The position numbers and the translations under genes are program-made. From positions 10,889 to 74,888 of the forward strand of contig CABQNH010000005.1 of the NCBI GenBank assembly GCA_902465435.1: a stretch of 64,000 bases of DNA. Direction: 5' to 3'. Every line of letters starts with the position of its first letter. Position 1 is the first letter of the stretch. Positions 15,478 through 25,635 of this stretch are shown here, in pieces. The stretch comes from an uncultured Eubacteriales bacterium. GTDB lineage: Bacteria > Bacillota > Clostridia > Oscillospirales > Oscillospiraceae. The notes beneath the pieces are model-generated. The model had not been told where the DNA came from, did no database searches, and saw nothing but the letters and a program-made list of their open reading frames with translations.

Positions 15478-16764
15478 TTATACGCAGGCTGGTTGCCGCA
15501 GCAGCTTCTCCGTCGCGGCCAGACGAAGGCAAACGCAGAACACGTCGATCGCCTGCCGCAGCTCCTCAACCGACGGGAAGGACGGCGCTAACCGAATATT
15601 CGAGTCCTGCGGATCAACGCCGTTGGGATACGTCGCACCTGCAGGCGTAATCACCACGCCAAGCTCCCGGCACAGGGCAAGCGCCCGCTTTGCCGTACCG
15701 GGCATCGCATCCACCGAGATAAAGTAACCGCCCTTCGGTTCAGAAAACCGTGCAATTTTTCGCGGCGCAAGCTCATGCCGCAGCGTTTCGATCACCGTTT
15801 CAAACTTCGGCCGCAGCACCGCAGCATGTCTCTTCATCAGCGCCAGCGTGTTCTCGCGGTCGCGCAGGAAGCGCACATGGCGGAGCTGATTGACCTTGTC
15901 ATAGCTGATGATCTGCGCGCTGAGCAGCGGCGTTAAGTAACGAAGATTCTCCTCCGACGTAGCAAAGCAGGCAACGCCCGCGCCGGGCAGCGTGATCTTT
16001 GAGGTCGAAGCAAATTCGTAGAACATATCGGGATTCCCATTCTCGCGCGCGAGCGTAAGAATCTCCGGGAACGGAACAAAGTCGCCGGAAAATTCATGGA
16101 TGCAGTATGCATTATCCCACATCACGGTAAAGTCCTTTGCGGCGGGACGCAGCCGTGCAATACGCAGAATCGTATCCTGCGAATAGAGAATGCCGCTCGG
16201 ATTGGAATACTTTGGCACGCACCACATACCGCGCACCGCAGGATCCCGCACCAGCTCCTCCACAAGGGTCATATCCGGTCCGTTTTCGTCCATTGGAACC
16301 GGAATCATTTCCATGCCAAAGGTTTCGGATATTTTGAAGTGCCGGTCATAGCCCGGCACCGGGCACAGGAACTTGATCGTCTTCTCCCGGCTCCACGGCC
16401 GCTCAGAATGCGTCAGACCGTGCGTATAGGCTCTCGCGATCAGGTCATACATGAGATTCAGGCTGGCATTGCCGCCGACGAAAACCTCCTCCGGCGAAAC
16501 GCCGAGAATCTGCGCAAACAGCCGACGCGCGGAGGGCAGTCCGGCAAGGCAGCCGTAATTCCGCGCATCGACGCCGTCGTCGATGCAGTCATCCGCACGC
16601 AGGCAGGTCAGAATGTCGGAGACCATGGCAAGCTGTTCCTTGCCCGGCTTGCCGCGTGACATATCCAGATGGAGCTTTCGCTCCTTGAAAGCCGCAAACT
16701 CCGTCCGGAGCGCGCTTTGTTCCTGCTCCAGCTCCCGTCTTGTCATGCTTTCGTATGCTTTCAT
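15478..16764 (-). CDS. PLP-dependent aminotransferase (class I/II fold)
   Basis: 428 aa. N-terminal LDMSRGKPGKEQL block and overall layout are typical of the bacterial roughly 420-aa aspartate-aminotransferase-like family. Confidence 0.75.
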   Translation of the reverse strand: MKAYESMTRRELEQEQSALRTEFAAFKERKLHLDMSRGKPGKEQLAMVSDILTCLRADDCIDDGVDARNYGCLAGLPSARRLFAQILGVSPEEVFVGGNASLNLMYDLIARAYTHGLTHSERPWSREKTIKFLCPVPGYDRHFKISETFGMEMIPVPMDENGPDMTLVEELVRDPAVRGMWCVPKYSNPSGILYSQDTILRIARLRPAAKDFTVMWDNAYCIHEFSGDFVPFPEILTLARENGNPDMFYEFASTSKITLPGAGVACFATSEENLRYLTPLLSAQIISYDKVNQLRHVRFLRDRENTLALMKRHAAVLRPKFETVIETLRHELAPRKIARFSEPKGGYFISVDAMPGTAKRALALCRELGVVITPAGATYPNGVDPQDSNIRLAPSFPSVEELRQAIDVFCVCLRLAATEKLLRQPACV

Positions 16765-16807
16765 GTAAGCACCTCCAAAATGATACAGCGTTCCGGCTCA
16801 GCCCTTC

Positions 16808-18631
16808 TCAGAATTCGCCGAACTCATTATAGTCTACGTCATACTCCGGCCTGCGGTGCGGCCGAACATGCGGCTTTTGCGCGGCAGCAGCTGCAGGAAC
16901 CGGCTCCCGCACCGGCGGCATCCGCCTTGGCGCGCTGCTCTGGCGACGGCCGGAGCGACCGGAAAGCACCTTTGCCTCCTTGCCGCGCATGGCGCGCAGA
17001 ACCTCGGTATAGAGGCCGTAAAAGCCGCGCGCAGAACGAGAGACCCCCTCCGCCGCGTCCAGCCACGGGCAAGCCTCCAGTGTATAATCGTTAAATTTCG
17101 CCGTAAAGGACTTGGCAAGTCCCATCGCGTCGGCCAACGGCAGCGTGGAATAGTAAAATTGTCTGTCTCTATGTACCGTGTGGAGCATCTGCGAACGGCT
17201 CGCACCCCGCAGATAGAGGCGGAAGCCCAAAAGCTGCTGCAGCATATCCATTCCTGACGGGCTTCTCTGCCCGCCAAACAGCGTCGCAGCCGCCGCAAAG
17301 CACTCCAAAAGCACGGCAAGCAGCATCATAAGCGCGGTATTCGCACGCGCTCCCAGGAAGAGCAGCACCAGCATCGCACCCACGCCCATAAGAACCGGAA
17401 GCGTGCGCTCGCGCTGCAGAAGCGCCGCCAGTCCGCGCCGCAGCAGCACAAGCAGGATGCTCGATACCGCCGTCAAAAGCAAAATAAAGATCCAGCGCAC
17501 CGCCGTCTCCGGCAGCCAGGCATCATAGGTCATTGCAAGCACAAACGCCCCGGCGAACGCCGCCATCATACGCAGGACATAGGGATTGCCCGAGCGCTTG
17601 CGGAACAATCGCTTCCCCCAATAGGCGGAAAGCGTCCGCTTTGCCGTCAGGCTAAGGCGGCGGAAGCGCATGCTCTGTACGTCGCAAACCCCGTCGCCCG
17701 CAAACAGCGCTGCGAAAAGCCGCTGCTCCGCGCGCTTGCGTTCGTTGCCCATCTCCATTTTCTTACGCAGGATCACGCGGCCGTTTCGGTTTCGATAAAT
17801 GCTGAGGTAGCCCATCGTTGCCCACTGCACCGTAAGCAGCGGAAGATCCGGGCTGTCGCAGGTGATCTGGTAGCCGATCTCGCCCGCATTGGCAAACAGC
17901 GGCGGCAGACGGCGCGCAGCGGGGAAAAAGAACGGATTGCGCAGCCGCGCAAACCAGTACAGCAGGCAGAGAACCAGCAGCAGGACAAAGCCGGTTTTGC
18001 AGAAGCCCGCCGCACGCCCTGCCTGATAACGCAGGTCAAAATAATCCGCCGGCAGCTCCAGCTGAAGCCGCAGCTCCTCATGATCGTGCAGCTTTTCGGA
18101 CATTTTCGCGGTAATCACGCCATTGTCTACGGAAATGTCCATATAGTTATCCACATTCTCGCCATAATAGCCGGAAATAAACTGCGGCGTCGCCGTAAAC
18201 GGCTGCGGCAGTGTGATCTTTGCCGAAAATTTATCGATCGCATACGCCCACGCGGGCGCAAGCAGCTTCAGGCGGTAAGTCTGCCCGCTGCCGCTTTGAC
18301 TGACGCCGGAGGGAAGCGTGTAGGTAACGGTGAAGCTGCGGTCGCCGGAAAGCCCGGCGGTGCTCTGTACCAGCAGGCACACCACGCCGTCCACCGTCTT
18401 CTTGGTGAATTCCTCGCCGCCCAGCGAGCAGGCGCTTGCGTCCTTGCCCAGCGGGATCAGCAGCTCGTCCAGAGTACCGGTAATGTGCAGCGTCATGGTC
18501 GCCTTGACGTCGGCAGAGCCGTCCGTCTGCACCGTGACCTCCGTGTCGTAAGCCGTAACCGTTGCCTCGGCGGCAAGCGCCGTCCCGGTCAGCAGCAGCA
18601 CGCACAGAAGTGCAATGAGGATTCTCCTCAT
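16808..18631 (-). CDS. DUF2207-like membrane protein
   Basis: ATG 18631 (MRRILIALLCVLLL...) 8 nt after AGGAGG. Signal peptide, N-terminal extracytoplasmic domain, multiple TM helices, and a basic/Pro-rich C-terminal tail. Confidence 0.55.
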   Translation of the reverse strand: MRRILIALLCVLLLTGTALAAEATVTAYDTEVTVQTDGSADVKATMTLHITGTLDELLIPLGKDASACSLGGEEFTKKTVDGVVCLLVQSTAGLSGDRSFTVTYTLPSGVSQSGSGQTYRLKLLAPAWAYAIDKFSAKITLPQPFTATPQFISGYYGENVDNYMDISVDNGVITAKMSEKLHDHEELRLQLELPADYFDLRYQAGRAAGFCKTGFVLLLVLCLLYWFARLRNPFFFPAARRLPPLFANAGEIGYQITCDSPDLPLLTVQWATMGYLSIYRNRNGRVILRKKMEMGNERKRAEQRLFAALFAGDGVCDVQSMRFRRLSLTAKRTLSAYWGKRLFRKRSGNPYVLRMMAAFAGAFVLAMTYDAWLPETAVRWIFILLLTAVSSILLVLLRRGLAALLQRERTLPVLMGVGAMLVLLFLGARANTALMMLLAVLLECFAAAATLFGGQRSPSGMDMLQQLLGFRLYLRGASRSQMLHTVHRDRQFYYSTLPLADAMGLAKSFTAKFNDYTLEACPWLDAAEGVSRSARGFYGLYTEVLRAMRGKEAKVLSGRSGRRQSSAPRRMPPVREPVPAAAAAQKPHVRPHRRPEYDVDYNEFGEF

Positions 18632-18706
18632 TTCCAAGTCCCTCCTTATCGCGGCGCGCATCGCGCCGTCGGTTCTCTCAAAATTCGCATTTAGACGATC
18701 TGCGGC

Positions 18707-19720
18707 CTATTCGCCCTGCAGCCCGATCAGAGCAGCATTCCAGGCGAGAAAGCCGCCGTCTGACTCCACCTCTCCGTCCTGCACACGCAGATAGCCGACC
18801 GTGCCATCCGCCGCAACCTGCACAAAGGACAGGTTGTCACAGCCCGTCAGGGTGATCCTTGTTCCGGCGGGAAGGCTGCTTGTCGGCGCGGTCGATGCCG
18901 CCTCGGCATAAAGCCGGAGCGAAGCACCGGCCGTCATCTGCGGCATTCCCGCGCGCGGCGTTTCCATCACAGGATAAACCGCCTGTGCGATTCGCGTCAG
19001 GCCGCCGTCCTGCAGCCGCCAGACAACGCTTCCACGATAACCGGATGCAATGGAAAACGGCTCCGCGCTGGCAATCGTTCCATCGCCGTAAACGGCTACG
19101 TCAAAGCTGCGCGTGCGCTGCAGCACGGACTCCTGTCCATAGTAGCCACCGACCGTTCCCAAGGCATAAAGCTGTCCGCCGTCATAGCGCAGGAAGGTCG
19201 TCGTTGGGTCGTCCTCGCCGCCATCGAGCAGCGCAAGCTCCAGAAAGCCGTCCGATTCATCCAGATCAACAATAAAATACCCGTCGGTTCGCAGGTTTTT
19301 CAGCTCCGTCGGATAGACGTTCGGGAGCTGATTGACCGCATTGATATTCACAGCCTCCAAACAAAATGCATCCTTCTGCCGCGTGTTTTCCGCCATATTG
19401 ACCGTCAGCGTTTCCTCCACGCCGTCACCGTTCAAATCCAGACGCTGTACCGCCCCGAAGGCGCAGCGGTAAACCGGCGGCTGCCCCGGTTCCTCCGGCG
19501 TGTGCGCGAGTGCCTGTTCCGGCTCCTCTGGCGCTTGCCATGGGTCGCGAACCGTCGGCTCCGGCTCCGTTTCCAGCGGCGCGATTCCCATGCTCTGCGC
19601 GGAGGACGCAGGCTGTCCATGCTGTCTTTGCAGCCTGCGATCCTCGATTTTGTCCATCGGCTGACAGGCAGTCAGCAAAAGGAGCGCCGCCAGCAGAAGC
19701 AAACCATATCGAACTCGCAT
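18707..19720 (-). CDS. hypothetical lipoprotein
   Basis: MRVRYGLLLLAALLLLTAC lipobox signal. An alternative upstream ATG at 19735 would overlap the regulator stop as ATGA. No family recognised. Confidence 0.6.
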   Translation of the reverse strand: MRVRYGLLLLAALLLLTACQPMDKIEDRRLQRQHGQPASSAQSMGIAPLETEPEPTVRDPWQAPEEPEQALAHTPEEPGQPPVYRCAFGAVQRLDLNGDGVEETLTVNMAENTRQKDAFCLEAVNINAVNQLPNVYPTELKNLRTDGYFIVDLDESDGFLELALLDGGEDDPTTTFLRYDGGQLYALGTVGGYYGQESVLQRTRSFDVAVYGDGTIASAEPFSIASGYRGSVVWRLQDGGLTRIAQAVYPVMETPRAGMPQMTAGASLRLYAEAASTAPTSSLPAGTRITLTGCDNLSFVQVAADGTVGYLRVQDGEVESDGGFLAWNAALIGLQGE

Positions 19721-19731
19721 TCCGCTCCCCC

Positions 19732-20103
19732 TCATTTCATGAATTTCTCAATGGCAAGGCACAGATCCTCAATGGCTGCGTCGTCGCCCTCCTCAACCGC
19801 ATCTACAATGCAGTGCCGCAGATGATCCTGCAGAATGACCTTTCCGGTATTATTCAGTGCCGAGCAAACCGCCGAGAGCTGAATCAGCACCTCGGAGCAG
19901 TCCTCCCCCTCCTCGACCATGCGGCGCACCTTTTCCAAATGCCCGATGGCACGCGAAAGGCGATTCACGACCGCTTTCTGATTCTGGTGGACATGTGGAT
20001 GCTTCCCGCCGTGGGAATGCGCAAGCCCCAAGCGGTGCAGCTCCTCGTGGGAAAGCGCCCTGTTTTCGTTCTGTTCCATTTCGTTCTCCCCCGCAGCCGT
20101 CAT
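19732..20103 (-). CDS. CsoR/RcnR-family metal-sensing transcriptional repressor with His-rich N-terminal extension
   Basis: 123 aa. Family core NRLSRAIGHLEKVRRMVEEGEDC...LQDHLRHC with Cys69, His94 and Cys98 at the CsoR-type spacing (C-25-H-3-C). N-terminal HSHGGKHPHVH. ATGA overlap with the tatD stop. Confidence 0.75.
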   Translation of the reverse strand: MTAAGENEMEQNENRALSHEELHRLGLAHSHGGKHPHVHQNQKAVVNRLSRAIGHLEKVRRMVEEGEDCSEVLIQLSAVCSALNNTGKVILQDHLRHCIVDAVEEGDDAAIEDLCLAIEKFMK

Positions 20104-20897
20104 TCCGTCTTCTCCCGCATCCGGTTCTCTTCCAAATCCGGGATTTGGAACAGACGTCTGGCATTTTCCGTAGTGATCTGCGCAGCCTCCTGCGCCGAAA
20201 TGTCGCGCAGCTCGGCAAGCTTTTGCCCGACCAAGGCGACCATACGGCTGTCGCAGCGCTTGCCGCGATAGGGCGTCGGCGCCATATACGGGCAGTCCGT
20301 TTCGATCAGGATATGGGAAAGCGGCACCGTCTTTGCGACTTCAACCGCCTTTCTTGCATTTTGAAAGGTCAAAACGCCGGTGAAGCCGACACACCAGCCA
20401 AGCCCGACCAGCTCTCTTGCCATTTCGGCCGAACCGGAAAAGCAGTGAAACACGCCGCGCACCTTGGGATGGCGGCGCACGATCTCCAAGCCGTCCTGAT
20501 GCGCCTCGCGCTCGTGGACGATCACGGGAAGCCCTAACTCCTCCGCAAGCAGAAGCTGCCGCTCGAAAACGATTTTCTGAATCTCGCGCGGCACATCCTC
20601 ATAATGATAATCCAGGCCGATCTCCCCGATGGCTCTGACCTTTTCCTCCCGGCAGAGCGCCCGATAGCACGCAAGCGTCTCATCAGTCAGCCTGTCCGCC
20701 GCTTCCGGGTGGCTGCCCACCGCTGCAAACACAAAGGGATACTGCTTTGCCAGCGCGACCGAACGCTGAGAGGACGGCAGATCGCAGCCGACGTTCATAA
20801 TGTAGTCGATCCCGGCCTCCGGCATTGCCGCAAGCAGTGCCTCGCGGTCCTGATCAAAACGGGGATCATCCAGATGGGCATGGGAGTCAAAATACAT
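20100..20897 (-). CDS. TatD-family metal-dependent hydrolase
   Basis: 265 aa. MYFDSHAHLDD N-terminal HxH motif and TIM-barrel TatD pattern. Confidence 0.85.
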   Translation of the reverse strand: MYFDSHAHLDDPRFDQDREALLAAMPEAGIDYIMNVGCDLPSSQRSVALAKQYPFVFAAVGSHPEAADRLTDETLACYRALCREEKVRAIGEIGLDYHYEDVPREIQKIVFERQLLLAEELGLPVIVHEREAHQDGLEIVRRHPKVRGVFHCFSGSAEMARELVGLGWCVGFTGVLTFQNARKAVEVAKTVPLSHILIETDCPYMAPTPYRGKRCDSRMVALVGQKLAELRDISAQEAAQITTENARRLFQIPDLEENRMREKTE

Positions 20898-20933
20898 GTC
20901 GCTTCCTCCTAACGATTTACGATTCCGTTCTCT

Positions 20934-22805
20934 TCAGGCGTTGTGCTGCTCCAGCCAAATCAGCAGCACCGCAATATCTGCCGGAGACACGCCGGAAATC
21001 CGGCTGGCCTGCCCGATGGAGAGGGGACGGATTTCCGCAAGCTTCTGCCGCGCCTCTAAACGCAGTCCCTCTATGCTTGCGTAGGGAATCTCGCGGGGCA
21101 AAAGGCGCGACTCGGCCTTGCGGAACTCCTCCACCTGCCGCTCCTGCCGCGTAATATAGCCCGCGTATTTCAGTTGAATTTCCACCTGCTCCGTCACGGC
21201 GGCAGGCAGCTCCGGCCGCGTCGGATCAAACGGCGCAAGCATGGCATAGGTCAGCTTGGGGCGCTTTACCAGGTCGGCCATTCTGGCCGAATGCTGAAGC
21301 GGCGCAGAGCCGACGCCTGTCAGCATGGCGTCGAGCGCCTCCGAGGCAGCAACACCGCAGGACTCCAGTCTTGCAATTTCCTTCTTGACGGCCGCATATT
21401 TTTCGCAAACCGCCGCATAGCGCGCATCGGAAATCAGGCCGATGCGGTGCCCGATGTGCGACAGACGCAGATCGGCGTTGTCCTGCCGGTGCAGCAGCCG
21501 ATACTCCGAACGGGAGGTCATAATGCGATACGGCTCCTGTGTGCCCTTGGTCACGAGGTCGTCGATCAGCGTTCCGATATAGCACTCCGCGCGTGACAGG
21601 ATCATCGGCGGCTCGCCCTTGAGCTTCAAGGCGGCATTCACACCGGCGACAAAGCCCTGCACGGCAGCCTCCTCATAGCCGGAGGAGCCGTTGAACTGCC
21701 CTGCGCCGTAAAGCCCCGGCACCCTCTTGCACTCCAGCGTCGGCAGAAGCGCCGTGGGGTCAATGCAGTCATATTCAATGGCATACGCAGGACGCATCAC
21801 CTCCGCATGCGCAAAGCCCTGCACGGAGCGCAGCATCTGAAGCTGCACATCCTCCGGCATGGAGGAGGAAAAGCCCTGCAGATACATTTCGTCCGTATTC
21901 AGGCCGCACGGCTCCACAAAGAGCTGGTGGCGCGGCTTCTCCGCAAAGCGGACGACCTTTGTCTCGATGCTGGGGCAGTAGCGCGGGCCGACGCCCTCGA
22001 CCGTGCCGTCGTAGATTGGGCTGCGGTCCAGATTCTTCCGAATGATCTCGTGTGTTTTTTCGTTGGTATACGTCAAATAGCAAACCGCGCGGTTTTCCGG
22101 TGCATGTGCCGTTGTAAAGGAAAACGGCGTAGGCTCTTCATCTCCGGGCTGCAGCTCCATTTGCGAAAAATCGATGGAGCGCCGGTTGATACGCGGCGGG
22201 GTCCCGGTCTTGAAGCGGCGCAGCGGCAGACCCAGCGCGCGCAGGCAATCGGAAAGCCCCTCCGCCGCATGCATGCCGTCCGGACCTGAGGCGATCACAT
22301 GCGAGCCGATTACAATATCGCTGTCCAGATAGGTTCCGGTAGCGATCACAACCGCCTTGGCGCGGTAGACAGCGTCAAGCTGCGTCACAACGCCGCTGAC
22401 CCTTCCGTCCTCCAGCAGGACCTCTACGATCATGGCCTGCTTCAGCTCCAGATTCTCCTGCTGCTCCAGCCGATGCTTCATATAGCTCTGGTATGCGCGG
22501 CGATCGGCCTGCGCACGCAGAGAATGCACCGCCGGCCCCTTGCCGCGGTTGAGCATCCGATACTGGATGCAGCAGTGATCGGCCGCAATGGCCATCTCGC
22601 CGCCGAGCGCATCCAGCTCCCGTACCAAATGTCCCTTGCCCGTTCCGCCGATGGCGGGATTGCAGGGCATATTACCCACTGCATCCAGATTAATGGTGAA
22701 TACAACGGTTTTCAGTCCCATTCTTGCGCAGGCCAGCGCAGCCTCAATGCCCGCATGTCCCGCGCCGACGACGGCAACCTCATAGCTGCCAGCCTCAAAT
22801 CTCAT
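20934..22805 (-). CDS. mnmG: tRNA uridine 5-carboxymethylaminomethyl modification enzyme MnmG
   Basis: 623 aa from ATG 22805. FAD motif [12 protein letters not shown]. Full-length similarity to GidA/MnmG. Confidence 0.93.
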   Translation of the reverse strand: MRFEAGSYEVAVVGAGHAGIEAALACARMGLKTVVFTINLDAVGNMPCNPAIGGTGKGHLVRELDALGGEMAIAADHCCIQYRMLNRGKGPAVHSLRAQADRRAYQSYMKHRLEQQENLELKQAMIVEVLLEDGRVSGVVTQLDAVYRAKAVVIATGTYLDSDIVIGSHVIASGPDGMHAAEGLSDCLRALGLPLRRFKTGTPPRINRRSIDFSQMELQPGDEEPTPFSFTTAHAPENRAVCYLTYTNEKTHEIIRKNLDRSPIYDGTVEGVGPRYCPSIETKVVRFAEKPRHQLFVEPCGLNTDEMYLQGFSSSMPEDVQLQMLRSVQGFAHAEVMRPAYAIEYDCIDPTALLPTLECKRVPGLYGAGQFNGSSGYEEAAVQGFVAGVNAALKLKGEPPMILSRAECYIGTLIDDLVTKGTQEPYRIMTSRSEYRLLHRQDNADLRLSHIGHRIGLISDARYAAVCEKYAAVKKEIARLESCGVAASEALDAMLTGVGSAPLQHSARMADLVKRPKLTYAMLAPFDPTRPELPAAVTEQVEIQLKYAGYITRQERQVEEFRKAESRLLPREIPYASIEGLRLEARQKLAEIRPLSIGQASRISGVSPADIAVLLIWLEQHNA

Positions 22806-22919
22806 GCCGTTTCCGTCCTTTGTGCAAACTGATTGCAAAAATACTCGTATTTTAGATATTATAACAAATCCCACACACTATGACAAGATAAATTTCGCAT
22901 TTTCGGCATTCTGCTGCAT

Positions 22920-22966
22920 AAAAGCCCCCTGTGCGGATCCGGCATTTCTGCCGCCCGCACAGGGGG
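22920..22966 (-). terminator. intrinsic terminator after ftsH
   Basis: 12-bp stem CCCCCTGTGCGG / CCGCACAGGGGG followed on the minus strand by CTTTTAT. Confidence 0.6.
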
Positions 22967-23081
22967 ACTTCTTCAAATTCTCCGGTTTCATCAGCAGGAA
23001 CGGACAGCAGAATTTTCTCCCCATCCGCCGCAGGGACTAAAATGCGAAAGCCTTCCGATTCACGCCGGGCACTCCGCGCCG

Positions 23082-24962
23082 TCAGCTCTCCGACTTCTCT
23101 GCAAAGCCGTCAAACAAGCCGTCGTTTGCTTCGGTCCGGATCGTCTCGTCCCTCATACAGGCCTCGAACTGCGCGCGGCTCATTCGCTGGTTCTGCAAAA
23201 GGAATGCAACGATTTTTTCTATCTTGTCGTGATTCTCCTTCAGAAGCTGCGTGCACTTTGCATAGGCCGTGTCAATCACATGGCGTACCTCTTCATCGAT
23301 ATCGCCCGCAATTCGTTCGGAATAGGACTTGACCTTTTCGTAATCGCGGCCGATGAACACCTCGCCGTCCGAATCGTAAACCACGCTTCCCAGCTTCTCG
23401 CTCATACCGAAGCGCGCAACCATTGCCCGGGCGATCGACGTGACCTGCTGCAGATCCTGCGACGCGCCGGTAGAGATATCGTCCAAAAACAGCTGCTCAG
23501 CCACGCGGCCACCCAGCCCTACTATAATGTTTTCATACATCTCATTGCGCGAGACAAATTCCTTTTCCTGCTCCGGCAGGAACACCGTCAGGCCTCCCGC
23601 CTTGCCGCGCGGCGTGATGGTGATCTGCTGCACGGGATCGTGCGTCGGCAGATAGTAAGCGGCAACGGCATGCCCCGCCTCATGCACGGCGGTAAGTCGC
23701 CGTGCATGCTCCGATACCACGGCGCTCTTCTTTTCCGGCCCGGCCAAAACCTTGAGGATCGCGTCCTCCAGATTGGCCAGCGCTATGGCCGGCTGATTGG
23801 CGCGCGCAGCAAGCAGAGCGCCTTCGTTCAGAAGGTTCTCTAAATCCGCACCCGTGAAGCCGCCGGTCGCCCGCGCGATAATCTTGAGATCCACGTCCTC
23901 CGCCAGCGGCTTATTCCTCGCGTGCACCTTCAGAATTGCCTCGCGTCCCTGCTGATCCGGCGCGCCGACATAGACCTGCCGGTCAAAGCGTCCCGGCCGC
24001 AGCAGCGCGGGATCCAGAATATCCGCGCGGTTGGTCGCCGCCATGACGATCACGCCCTCGTTGCCCATAAAGCCATCCATCTCCACCAGGAGCTGGTTTA
24101 AGGTCTGCTCGCGCTCGTCGTGGCCGCCGCCCATTCCCGCACCGCGCCGTCTGCCGACGGCGTCGATCTCGTCAATAAAAACGATTGAAGGCGCGCACTT
24201 TTTGGCCTGCTCAAACAGGTCGCGTACGCGGCTTGCACCAACGCCGACATACAGCTCGACAAAATCCGAGCCGGATATGGAGAAGAACTGCACTTGGGAC
24301 TCGCCCGCAACGGCTCTGGCGATCAGCGTCTTGCCGGTGCCCGGAGGGCCTACCAGCAGCACGCCCTTCGGAATTTTCGCGCCCATGCGCGTATACTTTT
24401 GGGGGTCGCGCAGAAAATCTACAATTTCGCGCAGCTCCTCCTTCTCCTCCTCCGCACCCGCAACATCGGCAAAGGTCACACGGCGTCCCTCGCTGCCGGA
24501 GCGCGCATTGGCGCGGCTGAACTTGGCGATAACCGAGCCGCCGCTCGATCGGCGCAGAAGAACATACATCATTACAAGCAGAATGCCGCCCATCAGCAGA
24601 TACGGGATCATGCGCAGATACCACGGCGTCACGCTGTCCGGCTTATAGTCGTAATACTCCAGCGTGCCGTTCTCCTGCTGTTCTGCGATCAAGGCGTCGA
24701 TTCGCGCATTATATGCATCGTTCGACGGCATTTTGTAGACAATTTCCTTCGTGTCCCGGTAAGGCTCCCTGAGGCAAAGCGTCATTTTCTGATCCTTGAC
24801 CGTCACGGATTTTACATTCTGATCCTCAAAAAGCGCCACGACCTCCGATGAGGTCAGCGTGATGCCGTCGCGCTCCTCCACAAGGGCACGGATGGCAAAC
24901 ATCAGCGCAAAAATCACCAGACAGTAGAATATTGCGCTTCCAATTCTTGGTTTTTTATTCAA
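23082..24962 (-). CDS. ftsH: ATP-dependent zinc metalloprotease FtsH
   Basis: 626 aa. Walker [12 protein letters not shown] region, and Zn motif HEAGHA. Confidence 0.95.
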   Translation of the reverse strand: MNKKPRIGSAIFYCLVIFALMFAIRALVEERDGITLTSSEVVALFEDQNVKSVTVKDQKMTLCLREPYRDTKEIVYKMPSNDAYNARIDALIAEQQENGTLEYYDYKPDSVTPWYLRMIPYLLMGGILLVMMYVLLRRSSGGSVIAKFSRANARSGSEGRRVTFADVAGAEEEKEELREIVDFLRDPQKYTRMGAKIPKGVLLVGPPGTGKTLIARAVAGESQVQFFSISGSDFVELYVGVGASRVRDLFEQAKKCAPSIVFIDEIDAVGRRRGAGMGGGHDEREQTLNQLLVEMDGFMGNEGVIVMAATNRADILDPALLRPGRFDRQVYVGAPDQQGREAILKVHARNKPLAEDVDLKIIARATGGFTGADLENLLNEGALLAARANQPAIALANLEDAILKVLAGPEKKSAVVSEHARRLTAVHEAGHAVAAYYLPTHDPVQQITITPRGKAGGLTVFLPEQEKEFVSRNEMYENIIVGLGGRVAEQLFLDDISTGASQDLQQVTSIARAMVARFGMSEKLGSVVYDSDGEVFIGRDYEKVKSYSERIAGDIDEEVRHVIDTAYAKCTQLLKENHDKIEKIVAFLLQNQRMSRAQFEACMRDETIRTEANDGLFDGFAEKSES

Positions 24963-25095
24963 AGGCTACTCCTTCTCGGTGCAAAAAAGAAACCGTCCCG
25001 GTTCCCTCAGGCCGTCAAAAAAACTTTTGGGCACGCCGGGGAAACCGTCCCGGTTCCTTTTCCGTTATTCTCCGATTGTTTTCAATCCCGTTCTG

Positions 25096-25635
25096 TTATC
25101 TGCTGTAAACCTCCGGCTTTAAAATGCCGATATAGGGAAGATTGCGATAGAATTCGTCATAATCCAGGCCGTAGCCGACGACAAACTCATTGGGGATCGT
25201 GAAGCCGACATAATCCGCAGTGATATCCACCTTGCGGCGCTCCGGCTTATCGAGCAGCGTGCAGATTTTCAGCGAGGCGGGCTTCATCTCCAGCAAATGC
25301 TGCTTTACGAATTTCAGGGTCAGGCCGGAATCGATAATGTCCTCTAAAATCACGACATGGCGCCCCTCAATGCTCTGAGAAACATCCTTCGTCATGCGCA
25401 CCGTGCCGCTTGTGGACGTGCCGCCGCCATACGACGAGCAGCAGAGGAAATCATACTGGCAGGGGATCTGCGTTGCGCGCACCATATCCGTAAAAAACAT
25501 AACCACGCCCTTCAAGACACCGATAAAAATCGGCTTCTTTCCTGCATAATCCTGCTCCAGCGTCTTGCCCAACTCCTGAATTCTTGCGTGAAGCCGCTCC
25601 GCAGAGATCAGCACACGCTCGATGTCACGGTCCAT
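25096..25635 (-). CDS. hpt: hypoxanthine phosphoribosyltransferase
   Basis: 179 aa from ATG 25635. PRPP-binding VVILEDIIDSGLTL. Confidence 0.9.
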   Translation of the reverse strand: MDRDIERVLISAERLHARIQELGKTLEQDYAGKKPIFIGVLKGVVMFFTDMVRATQIPCQYDFLCCSSYGGGTSTSGTVRMTKDVSQSIEGRHVVILEDIIDSGLTLKFVKQHLLEMKPASLKICTLLDKPERRKVDITADYVGFTIPNEFVVGYGLDYDEFYRNLPYIGILKPEVYSR

